The notes beneath the pieces are model-generated. The model searched no databases. It had not been told where the DNA came from and saw only the letters and a program-made list of their open reading frames with translations. From NCBI RefSeq assembly GCF_009914755.1, contig NC_060929.1: 64,000 nt of DNA; one strand, 5' to 3'. The DNA comes from the human T2T-CHM13v2.0 reference genome, Homo sapiens. Both the position numbers and the translations under genes were made by a program. Shown piece by piece: positions 1 to 15,830 of this stretch. Each line of letters begins with the position of its first letter. The first letter of the stretch is position 1.

Positions 1-474
1 GAGCATTCTCCAGGATAGACCATATGTTAGGCCACAAAACAAGACTCAACAAATTTTACCAAAAAAAAATCATATCATGTATGAAATCAATAAAAAGAAG
101 AACTTCAGAAAATGTACAAATACATGGAAACTAAACTTGCTTCTGAATGAGCACTGAGTCAAGGAAGAAATTATGAAAAAATAAAGACTGCCTTGAAGCA
201 AATGAAAACCAAACACGACATACCAAAACCTACGCAAAACAGAAAACGCAAGGGTAAAAGGAAACGATACAGCAATAAATGACTACATCAAAAAAGTAGA
301 AAGATTTCAAATAATCTAAGGATGCACCTCAATGAAGAGAAGAAAAAACCAAACCCAAAATTAGAAAGGATAAAATAATAAAGAGCAGAATTATATGAAA
401 TACAGATAAAAAATCAACAAAATAAAAGGTAACTTTTTTGAAAAAGATAAATTTCTAAACAGCTTGCCAGACTA

Positions 475-476
<2 letters not shown>

Positions 477-520
<44 letters not shown>
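477..520. repeat. (CA)n microsatellite
   Basis: About 22 pure CA units. Confidence 0.97.
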
Positions 521-522
<2 letters not shown>

Positions 523-2038
523 AAAACCCAGGAGACCCAGATAAAATCAGTAATGATAAAGGAATCAATACAATTACCACAGTAATAGAAAAGGTCATAA
601 CAGACTATTATAAACAACTGTACAAGCTGGAAAACCTACAGGAAGTGAATAAATTCCTGGACAAATAAAATCTACCAAGATTGAATCAGGAAGAAATAGA
701 AAACCTGAACAGACCAGTTGTGAGTAATGAGATCAAATAGTAATAAAAAGTCTCCCAACAAAGAAAAGTTCAGGACCATATGGCTTTACTACTGAATTCT
801 ACCAAATGTCTAAAGAAAAACTAACACAATTTCTCCTCAAACTATTCCAAAAAAATGAAGAGGAGGGAACGGAACTCTCCTTAACTCATTTTATAAGGCT
901 AGAATTACCTTGATATCAAAACCAGACAAGATTGCAACAAAAAAAGAAAACTTCGGGCCAATATTCCTGACAAACATAGGTGTAAAATTACTCAATAAAA
1001 TAACAATAAACCAGATTCAACAGCACATCAAAAAGGTAACACATCATTATCAAGTAGGATTTACCTAGAAATGCAAGGATGGTTCAACATATGCAAATCA
1101 ATTAGTGTGATACAGCACATCAACAGAATGAAGAACAAAAACCATATGATCATCTCAGTAGATGCAGTGAAAGCATTTGATAAAATTCAACAACCTCCCT
1201 GATAAAAACACTCTCAACAAAGTAGGCATTGAAAAAATATATCTCAACATAATAAAGGTCATATGTAACAAACTCACAACAAACATCATAATGAATGGAG
1301 AAAAGTTGAAAGCTTTTCCTCTAAAAACTGGAACAACACAAGGATGCCCACTTTCACTACTCCTATTCAGCATGGTACAGAATGTCCTTTTCAGAAAAAT
1401 CAGGCAAGAGAACAAAATAAAAAGCATCCAAATTGGAAAAGAAGTCAAATTGTCCTTTTGCATCTGATATAATCTTATATATAGAAAAACCTAAAGACTC
1501 CACCAATAAACTTGTAGCTCTTATAAATTCAATAAATAACAGTATATAGAATCAACATAGAAAAATCATTAGTGTTTCTAAATTCCAATAATAAATGAGC
1601 TGAGAAAGTGATCAAAAAGGCAAACTCATTTACAACAGCTATAAGAAAAATACCTAGGAATAAATTTAACCAAAGAGGTGAAAAACCTCTACAAGGAAAA
1701 CTATAAAACATTAATGAGAGAAATTGAAGAGGACACAGACAAATGGAAAGACATTCCATGCTCATAGACTGGAATAATTCAATGACCATACTGCTCAAAG
1801 CAACCTACAGATTCAACGCAATCCCTTTTAAAATACCAATGACATTCCTCACAGAAATAGAGAAAAACAAAAAACACTAAATTCAAATGGAAACAAAAAA
1901 GAGCTCAAATAGCCAAAACAATGTGAGCAAAAGGAACACAGCTGGAGAGATCATGCTAACCTGACTTCGAAATACATTACAAAGTTACAGTAACCAAAAC
2001 AGCATAATATTATTATTTTAAAAATAAAAGACTTGTAA

Positions 2039-3148
<1,110 letters not shown>

Positions 3149-4689
3149 CTAATGGAACAGAATAGCAGTATAGAGAACCCAGAAATAAATCCACATATTT
3201 ACAGTCAACTGATTTTCAACAAAGGCACCAAGACTATACACTGGGGAAAGAACACCCTCTTAAGTAAATGATTCTGGAAAAACTAAATATCTATACGTAG
3301 AAGAATGAAACTGGAGCCCCATCATTCATCTATAAAAATCAACTCAAGATGGATTAAAGATTTAAATGTAAGACCTGAAATTACAAAGCTAGTAGAATGA
3401 AACACAGGGGAAACATTTCAGGACACTGGTCTAGGCAAAGATTTTTATGGTTAAAGCCTTTTGAGAAAGCATTAACAAAAAAAGACAAATGGGACTACAT
3501 TAAACTAAACAGCTCCTACACAGCAAAGAAAACAATTAACAGAATGAAGAGACAAACTATTGCATGGGAGAAAATATTCACAAACTATTTATCCAACAAA
3601 GTATTGATAATCCAGAATACACAAGGAAATCAAACAATTCAGCAGTAAAAAACAAAAAATAATCCCATTAAAACGTGGGCAAAGGACATAAATAAACATT
3701 TCTAAAAAGAAGGCATACAAATGGCCAATAGGTATGTTAAAAAACACTCAATTTCACTAATCATTAGGGAAATGCAAGCTAAAACCACAATTAGATATCC
3801 TCTCACCCCAGTTAGAATGGCTATTATTAAAAAGACAAAAAATAACAGAAGCTGATGAGGCTGTAGAGAAAAGGGAATTCTTATACACTGTTGTTAAGAA
3901 TGTAAATCTGTATAACCTCCATGGAAAACAGTATGGGCATTTCTCAAAATACTACAAATGGAACTACCATACAAGCCAGCATGTGCACTACTAGGTATGT
4001 ATTCACAGAAAAGGAATCAGTATATCTAAAGGATAATTGCATTGCATGTTTATTGCAGCATTATTCACAATAGCAGTGATATGGAATCAACCTAAGAGTC
4101 CATCAACAGATGAATGGATAAAGAAAATGTGATATAATATACACAATGGAATACTATTTGACCATAAGAAATGTGATATATATACAAAAAGGAAAACTAT
4201 ACATCCATAAGAAGAATAAAATCATGTCATTTGTAGCAAGATGGATGGAACTGGAAGTTACTGTGTTAAGTGAAATAAGTCAGGTACAGAAAGACACAGT
4301 GCATGTTCTCACTCACATGTGAGAGATAAAAAAGTTGATCTCATGGAAGTAGGGAGTAGAATGATAGCTATCAGAGAAGTGTGTGGGTGATGGTGCACAG
4401 AAGGAAACAATGAAGAGAGTTTTTTTAATGGGTAGAAACATACAGTTAGATAGAAGGGATAAGTTCTAATGTTCAATAGCATATAGGGTGATTAAAGTTA
4501 ACAACAAAGTATTATATATTTCAAGATAGCTAGAAGAGAGGACTTAAAATGTTCCCAACACATAGAAATCATAAACACTTGGGGCAATGGATAATGGAAA
4601 TATCCTAACTTGAACATTACACATTCTATGCATATAACAAAATATCACATGTACCCCATAAGTATGTACAAACACATATCAATAAAACA

Positions 4690-6550
4690 AAGAGAATGAA
4701 AAGACAATCCAAAGACTGGGAATGTTTACTAATCACATATCTTAAAAAGAAGTTGTATTCAGAACATATGAACAACTTCTAAAACTCAACAATAAGAACA
4801 CAAACAAAAAAAGGGGGCAAAATTCTAGACTTTACCAAGAAAGATGTATATATGGCATATAATTCACCATTAGGAAAATGCAAATTAAACCACATAGAAA
4901 CAAAAACCTGTGACAATGAGAAAAAAAGTCAACAAACCTGTCAATATTAATTGCTGATAAAGATGCCAAACTAAGAGAACTCTCATACATTATTGGTAGT
5001 AGTGAAAAATAATACAGGTACCTTGAAAAGTGGTGTTCTAGTTCTTACAAAGTTACTGTAGACGTACCATATTACCCAGCAGTCCTCCCCCTAGGTATCA
5101 ACTCAGGACAAATGAAAATAAATATCCACATAAAAACCTGTTGATGAATGTTTTTAAAGACTGTATTCATAATCACCCAACCCTGGAAACAACACAAATG
5201 TCTAACATTTGGCAAATGGATAAGTAAAATATAGTTTATTCATTCAACAGAATAAAATTCAGCAATGAAACGAAACCTACTAATATATGTTTAAAAATTA
5301 ACTGAAAATAGATCATTAATTTAAATGTGAAATATAAAACAAAACTTTTAGAAGAATGCATAGGAGAAAACCTTCATAAACTAGGACTAGGGAAAGAGTT
5401 CTTTGACATGACACTAAATGCACAGTTTATAAAAGAAAAAATTGATAAACAGGACTTCATCAGAATTAAAAATGTTTGCCCTACGAAAGACCTGTTAAGA
5501 GGGTGAAAGACAAGCTACAAACTGAGAGAAAATATTCACAAAGAATATATCCAATAGAGACTTGTATCTAGAAGATATAAAGAACTATCAAAACTCAATA
5601 GTTTTAAAAACTCCATTTAGAAAATGGACAAAAAATACGAATAGGTATTTTACCAGAGACAAGGTATAGATGGCAAATAAGCACATGAAAAGATGTATGG
5701 TCAACATCACTAGTGAGATATCACTATGTACCTAATAAAATGGCTAAAACTAAAACATAGTAATAATACCAAATGCTGAGGAGGATGTAGAGAAAGTGGT
5801 TCTTTCATACGTGACTGGTGGGAATGTAAAATGGTACAGCCACTCTGGAAAATAATTTGGTATTGTCTTATAAAGTTAGAAATGCAATTACCATATGACC
5901 CAGCAATCACATTCTTGGGCATTTAACCCAGAGATATGAAAACTTATGTTCACATAAAAACTTATACATGAATACACACAGTAAATTTATTTCTAATAAT
6001 CAAAAACTGGAATCAATCCAAATGCCCTACAATGGGTCAATGGTTAAACAAAATGGCATATCTAGACAATGGAATATTACTCATCGGTAATAAACACAAA
6101 TGAACTACTGATATTTACAAAAACTTGGATGGATCTCAAAGGCATTATACTTATTGAAGAAAGCCAATCTCAAAAAATTACATACCTTATGATTCCATTT
6201 CTATAACATCTATAAAATGACAAAACTAAAGGGATGGAGAACAGATTAATGATTGCCAGGAGACAGAGATGAAGTTGGCAGTTGGGGACATTCCTACAAA
6301 TGGGTAACAGAAGGGACTTGCTAGTGGTGGAACACTTCTGTATCTTGAATGTTTGTGGTCATGGTTGCACAACACAATACATAGGATCGAATTGCACAGA
6401 ACTCCAAACACACTCACACACACACACACACAAATTACTGCATACAAAACCTAATGGAAATTGAATAATGACCGTGTTTTAGTTAACAGTACTGTACCAA
6501 TATCTTGGTTTTGATGTACTATTAGCCATATAAGATGTTACCATTAGGCT
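4690..6550 (+). mobile_element. Ancient L1M (MB/MC/MD-like) ORF2-end and 3' UTR fragments, two juxtaposed pieces
   Basis: Typical L1 3' motifs occur twice (ttaccatatgacccagcaatc, cacataaaaacctg/cacataaaaactt). Confidence 0.75.
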
Positions 6551-7369
6551 ATGACAAATAATGATCGTAACAACTCAACATTAATGTCCAGAATAATTTT
6601 TAATAAAGGCACTATAGCAAAATGCAGGCATTTTTGAAGGGGCCTGGGGTTAGAGGGCGGTGGTAAATAAAAACTAATACATACGAACTAAGAGGACTAG
6701 ATACAGAACATATTTTCAGAAATCCAGGTAAAATGGGTCAACAAATCAGTAAGAGGCAGTAAACTAAAACCCTGTAAAACTGGCCAAGGGAAAAAGTAAT
6801 ATTTTTAAGAAATGCAAGAATTCTTTACAAGCATATCTTCATTGCCATCTCCAAAAGAGATGACATAACTTTCTTGTGAATAATATGCCTTCCTTTAATT
6901 ATAACAGTCATCACCATCTTCCTTACCATCTTCATTATTACAGCAAACTAATTCAAACTACTTTCTTCCAGCATGCACTGCTTTAACCCCGCTCATCTTG
7001 AGTTGTACCTGACATTTTTCTCACCACTAATATATTTTTATGAGATTTTTCTACCATCTATGCCTTATCTGAAGCACTTTTCAATTAGGGAAAAGTTAAA
7101 TCACCTCCAAGAGTGCATCTTGCCATGTAAACGTGAAATCCTCTAATGAACAGCAGAGAGTGATCATCATTAGTTCACTGTTTTACATATCATAGCTCGG
7201 TTTTGAATAAACTCAAGAATAAAACTGTCTTCCTGTTAAGTTTAGAACAAATCAGTTTGCTAACTTGTTCTAAAATATACTTTACTATGCATTTGCCATT
7301 TTATTTTCTAATATTTCCAGTTTACTCCTCCCTTAACCCTTACACCCCCATTTGTACCCAGCATTATTA

Positions 7370-7570
7370 TTCCTATAGTACAGATGAAGAGAAAGATTCA
7401 GAGAAGTTAAGCAACTTGCCCATGGTAAGAAGGAAAACCTTGAGTTTGAATCCAGATAGTTACAAGATCCAGAGAAGTTAAGCAACTTGTTCATGTTAAG
7501 AAGGAAAACCTTGAATTTGAATCCAGATAGTTCTATCTCTAGAACCTATCTACTCTTTTAACATCACTGT
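7370..7570. mobile_element. MIR fragment carrying a 71-bp tandem duplication
   Basis: MIR core acagatgaagagaaagattcagagaagttaagcaacttgccca. The unit repeats at 7394 and 7465. Confidence 0.7.
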
Positions 7571-7779
7571 ACTACCTCTAAAATCCAGAAAATCAATCTG
7601 AACTCACATACTGCTTGCAGGAGTACAAATCAGAACCACAACTTGGGAGATCAAATTTTCACATTAAGGCTGAACATGCACAAAATCTATCTAGGTGGAA
7701 ACCCAGCATGTCTATTTAGACAGAAACTGTGACATACATTACTTGCCCTCACTCCTAAATTGTCCATTATTCTGAGCGT

Positions 7780-8160
7780 GCTGGATCCTTCCCAGCAACA
7801 TACAAGCATGCAGTAAAACCTTCTATAGGGTTGTTTACAGCTGTCTCCAATTCCTCTCTTTCCATTCTCTGCTGAAAGTTCTCCAATCAGGCTTTCATTT
7901 CTATTTATTGAAACAGCTCTTTGTGAAGGTCAAATGACCTCCACATGGTCAAAGGCAAAAGTAAATTCTCAGTTCTCATCTAATCTGACCCATCACCAGA
8001 TATGACTTTAATTAATTACTCCCATTTAATTTTTTCATTTGGTATTCGGGATCTCTCCCTTGTTCCTGATTCTTAACCTATTTTACTAAAAATTACTTTT
8101 CAGCCTCTTTTGCTACTTTCTGCTCAGCTTCCTGACCCTAAAGGTCTCAGTGCCCATAGC
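7780..8160 (+). mobile_element. L2 fragment
   Basis: L2 RT-region motif caatcaggctttc...aaacagctct...aaggtcaaatgacctccac...ttctcagttctcatc. Confidence 0.6.
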
Positions 8161-8701
8161 TATCTCACAATTCAACAACAGACACTTCTTTTCGAAGTCA
8201 AATTACTTTAGATAGCAGATTTATTTTTTAATTCTAGGATTCAAATTTCCATAACAATGTCTAACGCAGATTCCTTCCAAAACGTTAACATGTATAAACC
8301 TCTCATAAAATATCAGTAATGCCAATGCCACAAAGGCAGAATACAGAAACAGACAGATCATTACCCTAATCCAGTATGACATTCCAAGCAGAAAACATAA
8401 GGTAAAGGCACTAGCCTTGATTCAAAAAACTTATTAATTTTATTATTAAATGTATGACATTGAGTAAGAAAAGCATTAATAATTCTTATAGATGCAAAAT
8501 TACATGATCCCGTGATTTATTTACTGAGTACATACATCTCAGATGCAGTAATAGTTGCTGTGAGGGATATAAATAATTGCAAATACTTTAGGTATTTATA
8601 TTCTTATTTTAGATTTGAAATGAATGGAAGGTCACCTAAATATTCCTACACCTTTATTAGGCACAATGAAAATTTCCTGAAAAAGCAAATTAAGTATGTA
8701 C

Positions 8702-8807
8702 CTTTCAGTGCGGTAGTCTTTTCTTTTTCATCTGGACCTCCCTGCTGGATTTGTGCCATGTTTATCCAAATTGGCAACAAAATTAAAGAGCTCAAGGAAA
8801 TAGACAT
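8702..8807 (-). CDS. FAM172A: FAM172A/ARB2A first coding exon (coding part of exon 2): MSISLSSLILLPIWINMAQIQQGGPDEKEKTTALK plus 1 nt (phase-1 intron)
   Basis: Reverse complement from the ATG at 8807-8805 translates to the N-terminus I recognise as human FAM172A. It ends at donor AAG|GTACAT (GT at 8701-8700). An in-frame TGA lies 9 nt upstream of the ATG. Not in the ORF track because it is short and spliced. Confidence 0.95.
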
Positions 8808-8825
8808 CAATCTTCAGAAGACAGT
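8702..8825 (-). other. FAM172A: FAM172A exon 2 (124 nt: 18 nt 5'UTR + 106 nt CDS)
   Basis: Minus-strand acceptor cttaatttattgctttcattcattctag|ACTGTC (branch-like CTTAAT, pyrimidine tract, AG at 8827-8826) and donor AAG|GTACAT. Confidence 0.9.
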
Positions 8826-9939
8826 CTAGAATGAATGAAAGCAATAAATTAAGTTCTACTCAAAACCTATCTATTCCACGAGAACTTCCTTGATCCTCCC
8901 AGTCAGGATTAATCTCTCTATGCTAATTTCCCACTTTGTTGATGCCTATGCCATAGTACTTATTATTGTCTGCTTTGCATTATACTTATTTATGAATTTA
9001 TCTGAGTCAGCTAATGGCATACAAGCCACAGGAATACAGACATCAAGTTTTTGTCATCTTTCTCTCATGTCCACCAAACACAATACCTTATACATTACAG
9101 TTACCTAATGTTTGCTGAATTTAGCCAAACTTACCATTTAGTTTTAGTTACCTATCACCTAATGTTTTTAAAAAATATCTTTGGGTAGTTCCAAAAACCT
9201 AAAATTTCTTTTAAAATAAATTGTAAGCATGGGCCATTTACAAGGTCAGAATGTCTTCCTTCTGGAACAAGCAGATAGGAGGATGCAAATACGTAAATAT
9301 ATAAAGTATCTACAAATTTCCTATAGTGTAATTAAAAATACAACTTTCAGGGAAAAATTAGCCCTTTTTAAATGAAACGATGTCATCAGTGTCTGGAAGC
9401 CATCCTCTCTAAATGGCACTCCAGTAAACAACCATACTATAAAATCAGGATTTATTAAAATCGAATTCTGCTCTACTTTGGCCAAAGGGAAGGCATTAAA
9501 ACTTCCCTTTTTAATGGGAATGGCTTTTCCCAGGGTCCCCATGAACAGTAAAGCAACTATTTTTCCTAAAGTTTAAAAGGAAAAAAAGTGTATCTCCTAC
9601 AATGTGAAAATTTAAACTACATTTAATCCATTAATCCAAAACTGTTAATGAAATTATATAAAAACTACATTCATGACAATATAACAAGATTGAATATTCC
9701 TCTGAGGAATCAAATTTGACTTGCTATCCATAAGGTAAATTTCAGTTTCCGTTCAGCAGTACATTTTATAATTATCTTTAAAAACAGATCTATTTCCATA
9801 ATCAGCAGAATGTAACAGAAAATACTTTTTAAAAAACTAATACTGAAAATAAATAATTTAAAACTATGAATGTTCCAAATGGCCATAATCAATGCTGCCC
9901 TTGTGTCAAGTCTAACTGTAGGTGATGTGCTATAAGAGA

Positions 9940-10130
9940 AAGGGCACTCTGGCTCCACTAAGAACTACCGATGAGCCCTTGACAAATTATTTAACTTCTC
10001 TGGGCCTCATTTTCCACATCTGTAAAATGGAAATGATAATCATGTTTCCCTCATAGTGTTACAGTGAGGTTAAATGTAAAACATTTCATATAATGTCTGA
10101 TCCATAATTATGTGCACAACATCCATGTTA
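9940..10130. mobile_element. MIR
   Basis: aaattatttaacttctctgggcctcattttccacatctgtaaaatggaaatgataat. Confidence 0.75.
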
Positions 10131-11148
10131 GCTTATTTTTTTTAATTGCTGTAAACAAATCACGGCTTCATCACTTAATAACATCTCCGTGGCCAGTCAT
10201 ATCCAAATTCTTTGGTTTCTTCATTTACGAAATGTCGCTTCAACATTAAATAGTACAGAAGGTATATATAGCCAATCATTTCTATAACTAGCCATCTTAC
10301 TGTTACTCAATGGTGTGAGATATTCTAAAAGGAATACCTAGAATGTAGCTACTTTTCACTGGGAAAGCCCTTTCACTTAGCATAAGTGACTCTTATTTTT
10401 CTTCTTTGTATAGGTAACTCAAAACTCTATAATTTCTACATGAATAAAATGTGTCTATATCCCTTCAAGAAATACATCCTAGTATATAAGGTAGGCAATG
10501 TACAAGACTCTGGGGGTACTATGGTGAGTAAAACAAATATGGTCACTGCCCTCCTATGGCTTACTTTGTAGCTGCCAAATCAAACTGCCAAGCAGCCACA
10601 AAGAAAATACATCAGACCTAGACTGATAATTACAATAATGTCAAAACAAACAAATATCTGCAAGGGATATATATTTCCATTCAGGAATTAGTGAAGTCCC
10701 ACATGATAGTGCACAAATTTCACCAGCAACTTTTTATTACACATCATCTTGTAGCAGAAATTAAAGAGAAATGTTCTTAATGAGGAATTCCACACAGCAC
10801 CCTTTGCTAAATATTCTACAACTAAGTTAACTACCTCCAGGAGACTTCCCTTCACTAACTCAGTATTTCTTCCAAATATAAACTATTAGATTATTTTTCA
10901 TTGGCCCCAAATTGTCCGATTTCTGAACAGAACAATACATATAATTATGTCATTGTGACTGGTTTAACAAAGGTAAAATTATAAATATGTATTCAGTGCT
11001 AGGGTCATTATCAAAATTCATATTTCAATGATTCACTTTCAAGATTCTGAAGATTAAATAAAAATTAATAATCATGTTTTATATGAGACAACCTAAAAAC
11101 TCACAAAGCAATTTGCTGGAGTAATAACATATAAGTTAAAAGACTATT

Positions 11149-11470
<322 letters not shown>

Positions 11471-12789
11471 TTACAGTAGCAGTTGCAAAGCAGGTAAGCA
11501 TGAAGCAAAAGCAATTTGTCTGTTGCTCTCTTAACATAGTGTTAGATTTTTACCCTCCTGAGTTATTTTTCCTGGCTGTGGCACAGCTGGTGAAGCTCAA
11601 TCAAGAACATTATAAATTCTCAATTTAGTTTTCCTAATAAAAATTCAGAGTTATAACCTGCATGACCACAGATAAACACTACTGAAAATGCAGCCAGCAA
11701 GCTGTTGGCACATTTGATATATATTAATACATGCACTCGACATAGTTTATTTGGCATTATCTGATGGAGGTTAGGTTATAGAGAATAAAGCGGTGGAAGG
11801 TTTTTACTGATGTGAATTGGGACACAGTTGACATGTTGTATACTTCATGATAACCACTGCTGTTTAAATATGGTTTCCTAGAAATGGTTACAGTACAAAC
11901 TAGATTCAAAACATCTCAGTTTGCCATTTTATTCTGTGAACTACACAAAGCAATTATCATATCCCTTTCCTTTCTATGATTCCAACAGAGAATCTACTAT
12001 GTATAAAGCTATAAATAACTTGTCATGTGTAATCTTTATCCAGTCAGCATTTGAAAATATGAAACAGTAGAATACTTCTTATTTGCCCCGTTGGCACAAA
12101 ATGTGGCATATGCACTTATAAAATGTACAGAAAGATACACAAAAGCCTTATTTTTTTCTACATTTGTTTGTTTTTAGTCAGGTATTAAATACGAACTAGA
12201 TATACGTGATTTTGCAACAGAAGCCCTTTTCATCTCACATTCTGAATGCATTGATGAAAGTACAAAATATATCACAGAACACGTAAAATTGGGTTAATTT
12301 TCTGAGGTTCCCAGGACTGGTTTGGTTCCAGTCTAGCCCTAAAGATTCTATGCTCACTAAGTGAGACTCTAGAAATCAAGTTCAAAATAGCCTACTTGCA
12401 ACTGAAATTACAGTAAATAGAATTGGCACAAGGGATTTATAAGGAACCAAAAGACCCACCCAAATTACAGTTAAAATATTCATCGGTTGCTCATCAGCAA
12501 AGGCTAGTTCATAGTAATGCTGGACAGCATTATTCTGAGGCTGCAGTGAGAAAAACGTTGGTGTGTGGGCACTGGGAAAGAAGCTGAAGAATGAAGACAT
12601 CAGGCTGAGCAGACACGAGACAAAGCCCAGGGTAATAAGGGCCCCTGGTGCGTAGAAAATGGTGGCTTTTATAACAAATGCAAAATTGCGTTTGGATCAA
12701 AGTTTTGGAGCCAAACCTCTTTGCTCCTGAGACTAGGAATACCAGGTTCCAATCCAAGTATATCTAAAATAATTCCTTAGTTTCCCAAG

Positions 12790-13000
12790 CAACATGATAT
12801 AGTAGGTTTGGAATGAGAAATCTAGGTTTTTAATTTCAGTTCCACCATCTAGTAGCTAAGTGACCTTGAGAAAGTTACAACTTCTCTAACCTAAGTAATG
12901 GGAAGAATCATGAAAATAAGAGCAGTTACCTTTGCAGGACTATTATGAAGATTACATGAAAAAATGTATATGAAAGCATTTTACAAACTATAAATCCCTT
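12790..13000. mobile_element. MIR
   Basis: ccaccatctagtagctaagtgaccttgagaaagttacaacttctct...gattacatga. Confidence 0.65.
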
Positions 13001-14552
13001 TAAAAATATTAGTAATCCACATAAAATCTGAAATAACTAGATTCCAACTAATTTGTGCTCAAACTGCCAGAATACCAAAATCAATCAATTCACAGAAATA
13101 AAAACCTTTTAATATGCATCACTTGGATGAACTCTATGCACAAATAATAAAGTCTCACAACAAATATCTGTTAACTTGGGTTTCCAAGACTATATTGAAA
13201 ATAATTATAATGGAACTTAATTTTTGGACATAAGTTATACTTACATTCATTTCATTATATTTACATTCCTTTACATTCCTTTAATCTTATTAAAATGCAT
13301 GCTTGAACAAAGATCACATATGTGGGTTCCACCTTCATTTGCCTAAGGAAGAACACTCTTCCAACTATTTCATAAATGTATACATTGGTCACAAGATGAC
13401 CAGTTCTATTCTTATCCATTATCTGATTAGGTCATTGCCACAACTGTCAGGGGTAGGCATTTTATGGAGATAAGGCATTGTGGGCTTTGAAAAGCTAAGT
13501 GAGCCTGGTTAAGGCATCTCAGATGTTAAGGGGTAGCTGAGATTCTAACTCAGGTCTTCTGACTCCTAATTATGAATGAGTTTCTTCTATTCTACCATGT
13601 TGATACAGCCAAACAACACAACTTCACCAGAAAAATAATTTCAGTTTCTTCATTCTGCAGAAAATTCACACCTACTGTTATGTACTAATTTCTGTTATTA
13701 GGAAGTATTACAATTTGGAGTTTGGGCAAATTGGACATAGATATCTACAGACTAAAGTTGTCAACCAAAACTATCTTAGTATATTTAGTTTGCTATTCAG
13801 AATTAAGACTGATAAAAATTACTTATCATATCTCTCCCAATACTTTGGCAAAACAAGCATCTGAAAAAAGGGCCAAAAGTTAAGAGATATCAAATAAAAG
13901 TATTTTAAAAGAAATAGTATTGCACTACTATGTATTTTTAATAGGTCCCCAAATTGGTAATCATCTGTTTAGGTATTGCATTGCTTTTTGGCTAGCAAAA
14001 AGACAGAAACTCAACAAGACGGGAATATAAAATCTTAGAATATCTGTGACAATGTTAAAACTTAAGAAATTAAACAAAGACTAAGATGATTCTCTATTCT
14101 GAATCAAATTTCAAAAGAAAAAAATTTAAATAGCCCTTTATGAGGTTTTCATAATATGTAGCAGATATGGGAAAACTATGGCCAAAGATAAAATAATTCT
14201 CAAAATGAATATACCACACTCAAAATTTTAGAAAAACAGAGTATGTCAAACAAACATAAAAAATTGCTATTATATGAGGCAATTATGAGCATCATATAAA
14301 CTACTTAAGAGACTCTAATTCTATAGTAAAAATAAATAATAAAACATAAACAATATTATAAATGTACATAACTCCAGGCCAAATTATCTTCAGAAGATTT
14401 CAAAGCAGCCTATACCATGAAATAACAGTAATAACACATTTGCAAAATCGGTATCAAATTTTCAATTTTCTCATCCCATAAACATTCTCCCAGAATCTCT
14501 GTTAAACTTAGTGAACTCGAGGTTCAACATAGATTTTAAAATATAATATGCA

Positions 14553-14958
14553 TGTGAACCATCCAGATGCCCCTTCAAGGAGAATGTGCTGCTCAGCTAG
14601 AGAGTGCAGTTAGCAAACAGACTCCATCTGTTTATCACTTCAGAGCTGGCCTCAGGTGCAAAGTGCTGCTTCATCCTAGGTCATACCTTTCCACTGCTGA
14701 CCCTCATTCAGTGATTAAGTCAAGTGGTAATATGAAGGCCCAGCCATTTCAGCCTGATGCAGGACAACCCCGATAGGCAATATTTGCTCCAGAGCTTGCT
14801 GCCAGGTTGGTTGAGGTTTTGCCAGGTCTCCATGTAAATTCAACTTTTCCCTCTGACCAATCCTGTTCTCCTTCCTTTCGCAAGTCCTGATCTCTAAAAA
14901 TATTTTATACCCCAAATTCTGTCTCAGCATCTGCTTCCAAAAAATCTAAGCTATAACA
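14553..14958 (+). mobile_element. Ancient ERVL-type solo LTR (LTR16/33/40-like)
   Basis: TG...CA ends. The 3' end tgtctcagcatctgcttcc...aagctataaca is typical of this group. Confidence 0.55.
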
Positions 14959-15014
14959 ATGTCCTTTTCTAACGGTTTTCTGAATATTAAGCAAAAAAAA
15001 TTGTGATGTTAAGA

Positions 15015-15830
15015 GACCAGATGTATCCAGAATATATAAAGAACTCTTGCAACTCAATAATAAAAAAATTTTAAAGTGGGCAGATTATATAAGTATACAT
15101 TTCTTCAAATATACAAATGGCCAAAAAGCACATAAAAGATGCTCAATATCATTAGTCATTATAAAAATGCAAATCAAAACCACATGAGATACCTAATGCA
15201 CAATAACTAGCATGGCTATAATCAAAAAGGAATATAAATCAAGGTTTGTGACAATGAGAAGAAACTGGATACCTGATATATTGCTAGTGTGACAACAATT
15301 GCTGGTATGATGCAGCCACTTTAGAAAACAGTTGAGCAGTTCCTCAAAATATTACACACAGAGTTACCATATGACCCAGCAATTCTACTTCTGGGTATAT
15401 ACCCAAGAGAAATGAAAATACATGTCCCCACCAAAACTTATGCACAAATGTTCGCAGAAGCATTATTCATAATTGCCAACAAGTTGAAACAACCTGACTG
15501 TCAACTGATGAATGGATAAACAAAATATGGTATATCCATACAATAGGATATTATTCTTTAATAGAAAGGAATGAAGTACCGATACTTGCTATGACATAAA
15601 TGAAAATATTATGTGCTAATTACAATTACAAAATGAAGCCAATTACCAAAAAAAACCACACATATTGTACGATTCCATTTATATGAAATGTCCAGAACAG
15701 GTAAATCCATAGAAATAGGAAGTTGACTAATAGTTTTCAGGAGTCGGGGGAAGAGAAAAATGGGGTGTGACTGTTAATAGGTATGTAGTTTCTTTTTGAG
15801 GTGATGATTCCAATGGTTCAAAGACATACA
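15015..15830 (+). mobile_element. L1MB/ME-like 3' fragment
   Basis: gagttaccatatgacccagcaattc...gattccatttatatgaaatgtccagaacaggtaaatccatag. Confidence 0.8.

Noticed and set aside
477-520. (UG)n tract in intron 2 as a TDP-43 cryptic exon site
   Set aside because: I saw no convincing adjacent minus-strand splice-site pair, unlike the tract at 23.65 kb.
1155-1798. Short ORFs over L1 ORF2, likewise those at 24.3-24.8 kb and 32-40 kb
   Set aside because: Frameshifted, stop-ridden L1 remnants or their antisense frames. There is no intact ORF1 or ORF2.
8512-8829. 105-aa plus-strand ORF over exon 2
   Set aside because: Antisense shadow of the real minus-strand exon, with a non-ATG start.
12396-12540. 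Possible minus-strand exon (tttttctcactgcag| ... CAA|GTAGGC)
   Set aside because: The acceptor is good but the donor is weak, and there is no other support.
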